Below, in pieces: positions 17,367 through 25,962 of a DNA stretch of 64,000 nucleotides. The DNA comes from an uncultured Eubacteriales bacterium. GTDB taxonomy: Bacteria > Bacillota > Clostridia > Oscillospirales > CAG-272. The stretch spans positions 12,044 to 76,043 of the forward strand of contig CAKSSY010000001.1 of the NCBI GenBank assembly GCA_934489945.1, in the 5' to 3' direction. The notes under the pieces were generated by a model that saw only the letters and a program-made list of their open reading frames with translations, had not been told where the DNA came from and searched no databases. The position numbers and the translations under genes are program-made. Positions within the stretch are counted from its first letter, which is position 1; each line of letters starts with the position of its first letter.

Positions 17367-18461
17367 ATGCGAAAAAGAGAGACGAAACCATACGAACGGT
17401 GTGACAGCACCGGAATTTACAAACAATATCTTGCACGGAAGCGGGCGGTAATTCCGCTTCTTTTGGGGGCGGCTTTTTTTCTGGCGGTGATGGCACTCGG
17501 CACGGGAGCATCGGGAATGAGTCCACGCGCCGTACTTTCGGCTCTTTGCGGTATCGGAGACGCAACCAACGTTATGATTGTACGAAATATCCGGTTGCCA
17601 CGGATATTTGCCGCCGTTCTGACGGGGGCGGGACTGTCCCTCGCCGGTTGTGTTATGCAGAATGTTCTTCGGAATCCGCTGGCGTCGCCGTCCACGCTCG
17701 GCGTTTCCAATGCGGCGGTGTTCGGTGCCAATTTTGCCATCCTTCTGCTGGGAGCGGGGCGTTTTCATGCTACCGACGGTGCGATGCTCACGCTCTCAAA
17801 TCCGTATCTTGTCACGCTCTGTGCCTTTCTTTCGGCACTTGGCTCCGCTTTTCTGATTCTGGCATTGTCGGGGCGACGGGGTTTTTCTCCCTCTGTTGTG
17901 GTGCTTTCGGGTGTAGCACTTGGCGCGCTTTTTTCCGCGGGAACTACCATTCTTCAATATCTGTCACTTGACACGGAGGTTACTGCAGCCGTTTTCTGGA
18001 CTTTCGGAGATCTCGGGAGGGCAAGCTATGGGGAAGATGCGGTGCTGTTTGTCACGGTTTTGGCGGCGTTTGTCTATTTTATGTTTCGTCGGAACGATTA
18101 CAACATTCTGGCAAACGGGGACGACACGGCACACAGTCTCGGTGTGCGTGTCGGGCGTATCCGCTTCTTCAGTTTGTTTCTTGCCTCTTTATTATGTGCT
18201 GTCAGTGTTTCCTTTCTCGGCATCATCGGTTTTTTGGGACTTGCCGCTCCGCAGATTGCGCGTCGTGCGGTCGGAAACGATCATCGCTTTTTGTTGCCGG
18301 CATCGGCACTTTGTGGGTCCTGTCTGTTGCTTTTTTCGGACATTCTCGCCCGTTCGGTTCTGTCCGGCGTTTCTCTGCCTGTCGGGGCGGTGACGGCTCT
18401 TTACGGCGGTCCGATTCTCTTATGGATTCTTCTGAAAAAGAAAGGGGGCGGAGTCTTGTGA
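17367..18461 (+). CDS. FecCD/BtuC-family ABC transporter permease (iron-chelate/cobalamin type)
   Basis: IRLPRIFAAVLTGAGLSLAGCVMQNVLRNPLASPSTLGVS and LPVGAVTALYGGPILLWIL motifs. Start is ATG 17367 or GTG 17352. Confidence 0.85.
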   Translation: MRKRETKPYERCDSTGIYKQYLARKRAVIPLLLGAAFFLAVMALGTGASGMSPRAVLSALCGIGDATNVMIVRNIRLPRIFAAVLTGAGLSLAGCVMQNVLRNPLASPSTLGVSNAAVFGANFAILLLGAGRFHATDGAMLTLSNPYLVTLCAFLSALGSAFLILALSGRRGFSPSVVVLSGVALGALFSAGTTILQYLSLDTEVTAAVFWTFGDLGRASYGEDAVLFVTVLAAFVYFMFRRNDYNILANGDDTAHSLGVRVGRIRFFSLFLASLLCAVSVSFLGIIGFLGLAAPQIARRAVGNDHRFLLPASALCGSCLLLFSDILARSVLSGVSLPVGAVTALYGGPILLWILLKKKGGGVL

Positions 18462-19228
18462 CGCTTTCGGTAAAAAATCTTTGTTTTTCCTACTCATCGG
18501 TTTCCGTCCTGAAGGATGTTTCTTTGGAAGCTCGGGCGGGGGAATGTACGGTCCTTATCGGGGTCAACGGTGCCGGAAAAACCACACTTCTCAAATGTAT
18601 GGATCGGATTCTGAAGCCGACGGGTGGCGTAATACGCGCGGACGATCGGGACATTTGGGAAATGTCTCTCTGCCAACTGGCAAAAACGGTTGCCTATGTG
18701 CCGCAAACGACGACTTTTGCCGGCGGCTGTACGGTCTTTGATGCGGTTCTTATCGGAAGGCGACCCTATTTCGGGCTTGCGGGGGCATCCGATGCGGATG
18801 TTCACATTGCCGGCGAATGTCTGAACAAGCTCGGACTGTCATCACTTGCCATGCGGGAGGTGGGGGAGCTTTCCGGCGGAGAGAAACAGATGGTGGCGAT
18901 TGCACGGGCTTTGGCACAGCAACCGAAGATTTTGCTGTTTGACGAACCGACGGGAAACCTTGACCTGAAAAATCAGATTATTGTGGCAGAGCGGATACGC
19001 GGAATTGTAAGGGAAGAAAAGATGGCAGCGGTCGTTACGATGCACGATCTGAATCTTGCTCTTCGCTTTGCCGACCGCTTTGTTCTTATGAAGGACAATA
19101 CGATATTTGCTTCGGGCGGCGGAGAGATTCTGACATCGGAAAATTTGAAAGAAGTATATGGAATTCGTGTTCTTGTTACATCGGTTGATGGGAGAACGGC
19201 GGTGATTCCGGAAGGAGGAAACATATGA
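18458..19228 (+). CDS. ABC transporter ATP-binding protein (FepC/FecE/BtuD type)
   Basis: GTG start in a GTGA overlap with the permease stop. Walker [12 protein letters not shown], signature LSGGEKQ, Walker B ILLFDEPT. Confidence 0.9.
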   Translation: MTLSVKNLCFSYSSVSVLKDVSLEARAGECTVLIGVNGAGKTTLLKCMDRILKPTGGVIRADDRDIWEMSLCQLAKTVAYVPQTTTFAGGCTVFDAVLIGRRPYFGLAGASDADVHIAGECLNKLGLSSLAMREVGELSGGEKQMVAIARALAQQPKILLFDEPTGNLDLKNQIIVAERIRGIVREEKMAAVVTMHDLNLALRFADRFVLMKDNTIFASGGGEILTSENLKEVYGIRVLVTSVDGRTAVIPEGGNI

Positions 19229-20337
19229 GAAAATTGATTTCGCTTTTTTTGGCATGGACGTTACTAATCGGGATATTTGCCGGATGTGTATCGGAAGACG
19301 GGGGGCAGAGGGATACGATTACGGTTACGGATCTTTTGGGAAGGGAAGTGTCGGTTCCCGGGGAGGTGTCCCGTGTCGTTTGCATCGGTGCGGGGGCATT
19401 GCGTCTGTATTGTTATGTGGGGGATATGGCAAAGCTGTGTGGCGTGGAGGAATGCGAAAAGGGCTTTTTGATTTCGGTGCGTCCATATCAGACCCTTCAC
19501 GAGGAATTGTTTCGTTCCCTTGTGTCAATCGGCTCCGGCGGACCCAAGGGGGCTCCGGACGCTGAGGCGATTCTTTCGGCTCGACCCGACGTAATTTTCT
19601 CACTTTATACCTCCGATGTGTCTGCGATGGATGAATTGCAGGCAAAGACGGGAATTCCCGTGGTGGTACTCAGTTACGGAAAAACAGAGGCGTTTGACGA
19701 GTCCTTGCTTCAATCTCTTACCTTGATGGGGAAGGTACTCGGACGCGTCGAACGGGCAAAACAGGTTACCGATACCATTCATTCGATTGCCGATGATCTG
19801 GATACACGCACGAAGGATATTCCGGACAATCAAAAAAAGACTGTCTATCTTGGATGTCAAAGCAACTACGGAACTCACGGCATCGGGTCTACGACGGCAG
19901 AATATTCGCTCTTTGATGCCGTTCATGCACGAAACGTTCTGGATCTTGCTGGGTATCACGGATATCAGAAGGCATTGGATATGGAAACTCTTGTTACATT
20001 GGATCCGGAGGTTATGTTTTTGGATGCGGGCGGGCTTTCGGTTCTGGCAGAGGAATACCGGAAAAACGGTTCGGTTTTTGAAAATATGAGAGCCTTCCGA
20101 AACGGGGAAGTCTACCTGACCATGCCCTACAATGCCTATTACACCAACCTTGAAATTGCGTATGTCAACGCTTATTTTATCGGCAAGACGTTGTATCCCG
20201 AGGCATTTGCCGATGTGGAGATCGGGGCGAAGGCAGAGGAGATTTCGACAGCACTGCTCGGGCAGAATGTCTTTTCTTTTGTTACGGCGGCGATTCCGAA
20301 CGGTTATGAACGTCTTGATGTTTCTCTGTTCCGATAA
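19225..20337 (+). CDS. ABC transporter substrate-binding lipoprotein (class III PBP, siderophore/cobalamin type)
   Basis: Lipobox LIGIFAGC. VTDLLGREVSVPGEVSRVVCIGAGALRL is typical of FecB/BtuF-like binding proteins. ATGA overlap with the ATPase gene. Confidence 0.85.
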   Translation: MRKLISLFLAWTLLIGIFAGCVSEDGGQRDTITVTDLLGREVSVPGEVSRVVCIGAGALRLYCYVGDMAKLCGVEECEKGFLISVRPYQTLHEELFRSLVSIGSGGPKGAPDAEAILSARPDVIFSLYTSDVSAMDELQAKTGIPVVVLSYGKTEAFDESLLQSLTLMGKVLGRVERAKQVTDTIHSIADDLDTRTKDIPDNQKKTVYLGCQSNYGTHGIGSTTAEYSLFDAVHARNVLDLAGYHGYQKALDMETLVTLDPEVMFLDAGGLSVLAEEYRKNGSVFENMRAFRNGEVYLTMPYNAYYTNLEIAYVNAYFIGKTLYPEAFADVEIGAKAEEISTALLGQNVFSFVTAAIPNGYERLDVSLFR

Positions 20338-20346
20338 GGAGGAAGT

Positions 20347-20775
20347 ATGAAGGATATTCAAAAAGCAAAAAAGATTTTGGAAAAAGGAAATGTAACCTGT
20401 GTTCTCTGTCGCGGCGACGAGGCGGTGGTATCGCAGAAATCCGGCATTTCTCCGATGCTGGATTTTCTTGCCGACGGAACCGATCTTCGCGGGTTTTCGG
20501 CTGCCGACAAGATTATCGGCAGAGCGGCGGCGATGTTGTTTGTTCTTGCGGGTGTTTGCGAGGTCTATGGTGAGGTGGTCAGCCGTGCCGCTCTGCCGAT
20601 TTTTGAGGCACATGGTGTGGCATACAGTTATGGGATACTGACAGATCGGATTATCAATCGCAGGGGAGACGGTCTTTGTCCGATGGAAGCAGCGGTGGCA
20701 GAAATCAACGATCCGAAACTCGGTGCAGAGGCTCTCTATGCCAAACGTCGGGAGCTTCATGCTCACAAGGTGTAG
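20347..20775 (+). CDS. DUF1893-like protein (family name from memory)
   Basis: 142 aa with CVLCRGDEAVV..DKIIGRAAAMLFVLAGV..CPME pattern. Last gene of the ABC operon. Confidence 0.55.
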   Translation: MKDIQKAKKILEKGNVTCVLCRGDEAVVSQKSGISPMLDFLADGTDLRGFSAADKIIGRAAAMLFVLAGVCEVYGEVVSRAALPIFEAHGVAYSYGILTDRIINRRGDGLCPMEAAVAEINDPKLGAEALYAKRRELHAHKV

Positions 20776-20798
20776 GAAAAACGTTTGAAAAGCGACAC

Positions 20799-20833
20799 GG
20801 AGAGGCAAAAAAGTCAAGACTTTTTGCCTCTCC
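20799..20833. terminator. Bidirectional hairpin terminator
   Basis: GGAGAGGCAAAAAA..TTTTTGCCTCTCC, between the ABC operon end and the convergent micro-ORF. Confidence 0.55.
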
Positions 20834-20918
20834 GTGAAATCTTTCACATTGTCATTTTACTCTGAAAATCGGGACTGCAACAGTCCTTTGAAAAATGAGG
20901 AGTCGGGTGGAAGAACGG

Positions 20919-21080
20919 TTATCTTTCCTGCTGGTTCCGACGATTCTGTTCGTTCTGCTGATTCTGCTGATTCTGCTGATTCTGTTGGTTCTGTTCGTTC
21001 TGCTGGTTCTGCTTGTTCTGGCAGTTCTGAGAATTCTGTTGATTACGGATTGTATCGTTATTTTGATTCTGATAATTCAT
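20919..21080 (-). CDS. Putative 53-aa Gln/Asn-rich small protein
   Basis: MNYQNQNNDTIRNQQNSQNCQNKQNQQNEQNQQNQQNQQNQQNEQNRRNQQER. AAAGGAG lies 8 nt upstream of the ATG. Bracketed by terminators. The other frames over the repeat are also open, so coding status is tentative. Confidence 0.45.
   Translation of the reverse strand: MNYQNQNNDTIRNQQNSQNCQNKQNQQNEQNQQNQQNQQNQQNEQNRRNQQER
20942..21041. repeat. Imperfect tandem 9-nt repeat (about 11 units, NNNRTTCTG on the + strand)
   Basis: ctgattctg x3, ttggttctg, ttcgttctg, ctggttctg, cttgttctg, gcagttctg, agaattctg. Encodes (Q-N-x)n on the reverse strand. Confidence 0.8.
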
Positions 21081-21167
21081 TTGAAAAACTCCTTTCGGTT
21101 TTGTAAGAATAGTTTGTTCGAGTTCGGCGGAACTATTCCGGAAATCGGAAGAAGAAATATTTTTCAT

Positions 21168-21198
21168 AAAAAAATCCGAAAGCATTGCTTTCGGATTT
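21168..21198 (-). terminator. Terminator of the tRNA-Thr/Tyr operon
   Basis: On the reverse strand, AAAATCCGAAAGCaatgCTTTCGGATTTTTTT immediately follows the tRNA-Tyr CCA end. Confidence 0.6.
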
Positions 21199-21283
21199 TG
21201 GTGGGGGATGGTGGATTCGGACCACCGAAGTCAGAGACAACAGATTTACAGTCTGCCCCCTTTGGCCGCTCGGGAAATCCCCC
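21199..21283 (-). tRNA. tRNA-Tyr (GUA)
   Basis: Reverse complement GGGGGATTTCCCGAGCGGCCAAAGGGGGCAGACTGTAAATCTGTTGTCTCTGACTTCGGTGGTCCGAATCCACCATCCCCCACCA. Long variable arm and GTA anticodon. Confidence 0.9.
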
Positions 21284-21317
21284 TTATGGAGTCTACAGCG
21301 ATTGCCATAAACCCTTT

Positions 21318-21392
21318 TGGAGCTGGTGATCGGAGTCGAACCAACAACCTGCTGATTACAAATCAGCTGCTCTGCCATTGAGCCACACCAGC
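21318..21392 (-). tRNA. tRNA-Thr (UGU)
   Basis: Reverse complement GCTGGTGTGGCTCAATGGCAGAGCAGCTGATTTGTAATCAGCAGGTTGTTGGTTCGACTCCGATCACCAGCTCCA. Anticodon loop TTTGTAA. Confidence 0.9.
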
Positions 21393-21418
21393 ATACCGCA
21401 TTATGCGGAACGTGTTGT

Positions 21419-21447
21419 ATTATATCATATTCAAATGGGTTTGTCAA
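21419..21447 (-). promoter_or_regulatory. Consensus promoter of the tRNA-Thr/Tyr operon (TTGACA-N17-TATAAT)
   Basis: Reverse strand TTGACAaacccatttgaatatgaTATAAT, about 26 nt upstream of tRNA-Thr. Confidence 0.6.
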
Positions 21448-21637
21448 GGATTTTTTGAATTTTTTTCGTTTTTTTTGCAAAATTCATTTTTTCCGCCTTT
21501 GCTGTCTCTTATGCGACGGAAAATTTGGGAGAGTTTTGTTAAAATTCGCTTTTTTCTTTACTTTTGGTCGATTTTCTATTATAATCTACAATGAAGAAAA
21601 CAATAGAAACCGATTTTTCGGTCGGAAAGGATATTTT

Positions 21638-22330
21638 ATGAAAATTGCCGGTCTGCAAAAACTTACATTGCTGGATTTTCCGGGTAAAGTTGCCTGTACG
21701 GTGTTTACCGACGGATGCAATTTCCGATGTCCGTTTTGTCACAATGCTTCCCTGGTTCTGCCGAACGGGCATATCGGGGAAATTTCCGAGGAGGAATTTT
21801 TTGCTTTTCTGAAGAAGCGGGAGGGGATTCTTGACGGAGTTGTCGTTACCGGCGGAGAGCCGACGTTGGCGTCGGGCTTATATGAATTTATTGCCAAAGT
21901 CAAATCCATGGGGTATCTTGTCAAATTGGATTCAAACGGCAGTATGCCGGACAAGCTCCGTGTGCTTATTGACGACGGACTTCTTGACTATATTGCCATG
22001 GACATAAAGACCGTTCCGGAAAAATACGATTCTGTGGCAGGAGTAAAGGTGGACGGAAGAAAGATTCGGGAAAGTATGGATCGGATTCGTCACAGCGGAA
22101 TCCCACATGAATTCCGTACTACTGTGGTAAAAGGGCTTCATACAAAGGAAGATATTGTCGGAGTGGCAAAATTGCTTGGAGAAGGCGAGGCATATTATTT
22201 GCAGAGCTTTGTGGATTCGGGCGACATTTTGTCGGACGGTTGCGAAGCATTTTCTGCCGAGGAAATGCACGCAATCGCGGATGAGGCAAGAAGATTCTGC
22301 CCGACCGTCCAACTCCGTGGCATCGAATAA
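21638..22330 (+). CDS. nrdG: Anaerobic ribonucleoside-triphosphate reductase activating protein-like radical SAM enzyme
   Basis: MKIAGLQKLTLLDFPGKVACTVFTDGCNFRCPFCHNASLV (CxxxCxxC) and GVVVTGGEPTL. Start ATG at 21638; the listed ORF is over-extended. No nrdD in the window. Confidence 0.8.
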   Translation: MKIAGLQKLTLLDFPGKVACTVFTDGCNFRCPFCHNASLVLPNGHIGEISEEEFFAFLKKREGILDGVVVTGGEPTLASGLYEFIAKVKSMGYLVKLDSNGSMPDKLRVLIDDGLLDYIAMDIKTVPEKYDSVAGVKVDGRKIRESMDRIRHSGIPHEFRTTVVKGLHTKEDIVGVAKLLGEGEAYYLQSFVDSGDILSDGCEAFSAEEMHAIADEARRFCPTVQLRGIE

Positions 22331-22331
22331 A

Positions 22332-23204
22332 TCAGAAATCCGGTGTATAGGTTTTGACAGCCGAGGATCGCGCCTGACGGTATCCTTCAAAACCGAGGGA
22401 ATCGGCAAGAGCGAGAACGCTGTTATATTCCATGGTGGTAACGCGTCTGGCAAGCTCCGGGTAGGCGTTTTTATCAACAAAATCCGGTGTGAATTGGCTC
22501 ATGAGGCTTAACCGAATGTCGGAAACCGGAAGATTGGATGCGAGCGTTCTCAAAACCGCCATGGAATCATGCCGCTGACCCGGCAGAACCAAATGACGAA
22601 CGACAACACCGCTTTGGAGCATTCCGTCATTGTCGAACCGGGCAGCACCGCGTTGACGGAACATTTCGAGAACGGCGGCAAGGGCAGTATCGGGATAATC
22701 GGCGGCGTGTGAGTATTTTTCGGCAAGGGCAGAAGAATGATATTTGAAATCGGGAAGATAGATATCTACAAGACCGTCGAGTGTCCGCAAAGCCTCAACA
22801 CTTTCATATCCGCCGCAGTTCCATACGACAGGGACGGGAAGACGGGATTTGATTTTTCCCAGAAATGCGGCAAGGTGGTGTGTATAATGTGTGGGGGTGA
22901 CGAGATTGATATTGTGTGCCCCCTCTTCAACAAGGCGGAAAATCTGTTTTTCCAACCTTGCCTCGTTGATGAGCTGACCTCTTTCTCCTGTGTTGATTGC
23001 TTTATTCTGACAAAAAACACACCGAAGGTTACACCCGCCGAAAAAGATTGCTCCTGAACCGTTTTTGCCGCTGATTGGCGGTTCTTCCCATCGGTGAAGT
23101 GCTATGCGGGAAACAAGAAAGTCTTCCGGTGTGTGGCAAAAACCCATTTGTCCGGAATCTCGGTCAACGCCGCACTGTCGCGGACACATATTACAAACTG
23201 CCAT
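22332..23204 (-). CDS. Radical SAM protein, PflX/pyruvate-formate-lyase-activase-like
   Basis: MAVCNMCPRQCGVDR N-terminal Cys cluster, then FFGGCNLRCVFCQN radical-SAM motif. Start at 23204 follows AGAGGGGAA. Confidence 0.75.
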   Translation of the reverse strand: MAVCNMCPRQCGVDRDSGQMGFCHTPEDFLVSRIALHRWEEPPISGKNGSGAIFFGGCNLRCVFCQNKAINTGERGQLINEARLEKQIFRLVEEGAHNINLVTPTHYTHHLAAFLGKIKSRLPVPVVWNCGGYESVEALRTLDGLVDIYLPDFKYHSSALAEKYSHAADYPDTALAAVLEMFRQRGAARFDNDGMLQSGVVVRHLVLPGQRHDSMAVLRTLASNLPVSDIRLSLMSQFTPDFVDKNAYPELARRVTTMEYNSVLALADSLGFEGYRQARSSAVKTYTPDF

Positions 23205-23331
23205 GAAATTCCCCTCTTTTTTTCTTTTTCTGATTGTACCACAGAAGTCGGGGAGATTGCAAGTCTTTTTGCTTGACATGGTGGAAAAAATGTGATAAAA
23301 TATTCTAAATTTGTGTTTTGAGGTGCGTGAA

Positions 23332-24585
23332 ATGATTGGTGATGTGATTCGTTCCTTTCAATCCCGGTGTTCCTGCGGGCTGGTTCACAGAACCGCGGTG
23401 CGCGATGTGAGAGTCGGTTCGGGACTCGTGCATCAGGTCGGAAAGATTCTTAAGGAAAACGGATTTCCGCGCGAGCTTTTGCTTGTTGCCGATGAAAATA
23501 CACTTCGCGCCGCCGAGGGGATTTTTGAGAGTCTGGACGGTTTTTCGGTTACGTGTCATATCTGGAAGAATCTGCGTGTCGCCACGGTACATGAGGCACA
23601 GGAGATACAGGAACTGATCCATGATAAGGAGATCGGTGTTCTGTCGGTCGGGACAGGTTCTGTCAACGATCCCTGCCGTCTTGCCTGCTCACGCGAGAAA
23701 AAACCACTTTGTATTTTTGCGACGGCACCGTCTATGGATGGCTTTGCATCCTACGGTGCACCGCTTGTGAAGGATGGTTTTAAGTCTACCTATGCTGCGG
23801 AGAGTCCCGCTGTTGTTGTCGGAGACACCGCGATCCTTGCCGCTGCGCCTGTGGCACTTAAGTCTGCGGGCTTCGGCGATATGATTGCCAAGTATGTCGG
23901 GCTTGTTGACTGGAAGATATCTTCTATTCTGATCGGGGAATGTTATTGCGAACGGGTAGCGGAACTGACACGGAATGCCGTCGACAATCTGGTGAAAATG
24001 GCTGACCGTGTGACGGCAAATGATGAGGAGACTGCCGGCAAAATATTTGAAGCACTTCTGATGACCGGCATCGGGATGAGCTTCATGCAAAATTCCCGTC
24101 CCGCCAGCGGAAGCGAACATATCGTTGCACATCTGATCGAATGTAAAGAATTGCCGCTCGGTATCATTCCGAATTATCATGGGGAAGATGTCGGTGTCTG
24201 CACGCTGGAAATGTTGGAACGATATGAGAAACTGGCATCTTATGAAAAGATTCACGCTCATCGTGAAAAGGTGGATTGGGAAGATGTGAGACATTGGTTC
24301 GGTCCCATGGCGGATGAAGTGATGAAACTCAATATGCCGACTACGGTTGCCGATGAAGTCGATCCGCGTATGTTGGAGGAGAAGTGGCAGGATATTCGTG
24401 AAATCATCCGTTCGGTTCCTTTTGCCTCGGTCTGCCGTGACGCGATGCGTCGTGCAGGTTGCAAACTGACGGTGGCGGACATCGGAAAATCTCCCGATTT
24501 CTTTTCGGCGTGCGTCCGGTATTCCCCTTATATGCGGCGGCGTCTGACACTGTTGCGTATTGCGGGAATGATAGAGGAGGGATAA
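23332..24585 (+). CDS. sn-glycerol-1-phosphate dehydrogenase-like (AraM/EgsA family, Fe-ADH/glycerol-DH superfamily)
   Basis: VGTGSVNDPCR nucleotide-binding loop, DMIAKYV, and SGSEHIVAHLIE metal-binding His region. About 417 aa. Start follows GAGGTG. Confidence 0.6.
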   Translation: MIGDVIRSFQSRCSCGLVHRTAVRDVRVGSGLVHQVGKILKENGFPRELLLVADENTLRAAEGIFESLDGFSVTCHIWKNLRVATVHEAQEIQELIHDKEIGVLSVGTGSVNDPCRLACSREKKPLCIFATAPSMDGFASYGAPLVKDGFKSTYAAESPAVVVGDTAILAAAPVALKSAGFGDMIAKYVGLVDWKISSILIGECYCERVAELTRNAVDNLVKMADRVTANDEETAGKIFEALLMTGIGMSFMQNSRPASGSEHIVAHLIECKELPLGIIPNYHGEDVGVCTLEMLERYEKLASYEKIHAHREKVDWEDVRHWFGPMADEVMKLNMPTTVADEVDPRMLEEKWQDIREIIRSVPFASVCRDAMRRAGCKLTVADIGKSPDFFSACVRYSPYMRRRLTLLRIAGMIEEG

Positions 24586-24587
24586 TC

Positions 24588-25862
24588 TTGAGGAATCGGA
24601 CCATACACAGCGCAGAAATTCTCTGCGTAGGAACTGAGTTGTTGCTCGGCGATATTGTGAACACGAATGCGTCATATATTGCGCAAAAACTTGCCGCACT
24701 CGGGATCGGTGTTTACCATCAGACAGTGGTGGGCGACAACCCCGAACGACTTAAGCGCGCGCTTACCGACGCACTGTCACGAGTGGATCTGGTGATTACC
24801 AGCGGCGGACTCGGACCGACGTATGATGACTTGACCAAAGAGACGGTCGCCGCATATTTCGGCAGAAAAATGCACCGTGATGAGGCTTGTCTTGCAGAGA
24901 TTGAGCGGTATTTTGCACTCCGTCATCACGATCTTTGCCGTATGACAGCCAACAACCGAAAGCAGGCAGACATCCCCGATGGGGCGATTGTGTTAAAGAA
25001 TCCGAACGGCACCGCACCCGGCGTGGTAATCGAAGGAGAGGACGGCAGAACCGTTATTATGCTCCCGGGACCTCCGCGCGAATTGGAACCCATGATGGAC
25101 AATGAGGTGGTTCCGTATCTTTCCCGGCGTCGCGGAGAGGTCTTTTTCAGCCGCAACATTCACATTATGGGAATGGGGGAGTCGGCGGTTGAAAACGAAC
25201 TTCGGGAACTGATGGAAAATTCGGTGAATCCTACAATTGCACCTTATGCGAAAGATGGTGAATGCCGTCTTCGCGTTACGGCTCGTGCCGCGGACGAAAA
25301 AAGTGCTGCCGCGCTGTGCGACGGGATGATCGAAACCGTGCGGAATACACCGGTTGGCGGATTTATTTACGGCGTGGATGTGGGAACCATAGAGAACACG
25401 CTTGTCAGAACGCTTTTGGAAGGCGGCATGACGATTTCCTGTGCCGAGTCCTGCACAGGAGGACTGATTGCCAAGCGGATTACCGATATTCCCGGTTCCT
25501 CCGCGGTTTTTGCGGGCGGATGTGTTGCCTATACCGAACGGGTAAAGTCTTTGCTGTTGGGAGTGAAGCCGGATACGCTTGCCGTTCATACTGCCGTCAG
25601 CGAGGCGGTTGCACGCGAGATGGCAGAAGGGATTCGTGAGAAACTCGGTACCGATATCGGAATCTCCACCACCGGTTACGCTGGTCCCGGAGGCGGCACC
25701 GAAAAAGAGCCGGTCGGAACCGTTTATGTCGGCATTTCCACATCGGAAGGCACACAGGTTACGCGTTTTTCCTTCTCTTCCATGAGGTCAAGAGATTATA
25801 TCCGCAGTCTTGCTGCCGGGCGTGCACTCCTTTTGGCATGGAAAGCTGCAAAGTGTAAATAA
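24588..25862 (+). CDS. cinA: Competence/damage-inducible protein CinA (MoCF-binding plus NMN amidohydrolase domains)
   Basis: TTG start 6 nt after GGAGGG. AEILCVGTELLLGDIVNTNASYIAQKL and C-terminal AESCTGGLIAKRITDIPGSS. Confidence 0.9.
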   Translation: MRNRTIHSAEILCVGTELLLGDIVNTNASYIAQKLAALGIGVYHQTVVGDNPERLKRALTDALSRVDLVITSGGLGPTYDDLTKETVAAYFGRKMHRDEACLAEIERYFALRHHDLCRMTANNRKQADIPDGAIVLKNPNGTAPGVVIEGEDGRTVIMLPGPPRELEPMMDNEVVPYLSRRRGEVFFSRNIHIMGMGESAVENELRELMENSVNPTIAPYAKDGECRLRVTARAADEKSAAALCDGMIETVRNTPVGGFIYGVDVGTIENTLVRTLLEGGMTISCAESCTGGLIAKRITDIPGSSAVFAGGCVAYTERVKSLLLGVKPDTLAVHTAVSEAVAREMAEGIREKLGTDIGISTTGYAGPGGGTEKEPVGTVYVGISTSEGTQVTRFSFSSMRSRDYIRSLAAGRALLLAWKAAKCK

Positions 25863-25886
25863 TTCCGGAGAAATTGTGAAAATCTC

Positions 25887-25915
25887 TTGATTTTCTGCCG
25901 GAATCGGTTTATAAT
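25887..25915 (+). promoter_or_regulatory. Promoter of pfkA (TTGATT-N17-TATAAT)
   Basis: TTGATT at 25887-25892 and TATAAT at 25910-25915. Confidence 0.5.
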
Positions 25916-25962
25916 AAAAAAATAGAATGGAAAATACCTTCGGCGAAAGGATGACAAATAAA

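Noticed and set aside
20942-21041. Short tandem repeats considered as a possible CRISPR-like array
   Set aside because: The period is 9 nt with no spacers, there are no cas genes, and the repeat is in phase with a codon triplet pattern (Q-N-x). It is a coding or VNTR-type microsatellite, not a CRISPR array.
20834-21329. + strand ORFs over the 9-nt repeat: 90 aa with a (SAD)n-like peptide, and 144 aa that is Leu-rich and membrane-like
   Set aside because: They have no RBS, they run into the tRNA genes and terminators, and their openness is explained by the repeat itself. The reverse-strand frame has the RBS. Residual uncertainty is noted in the finding.
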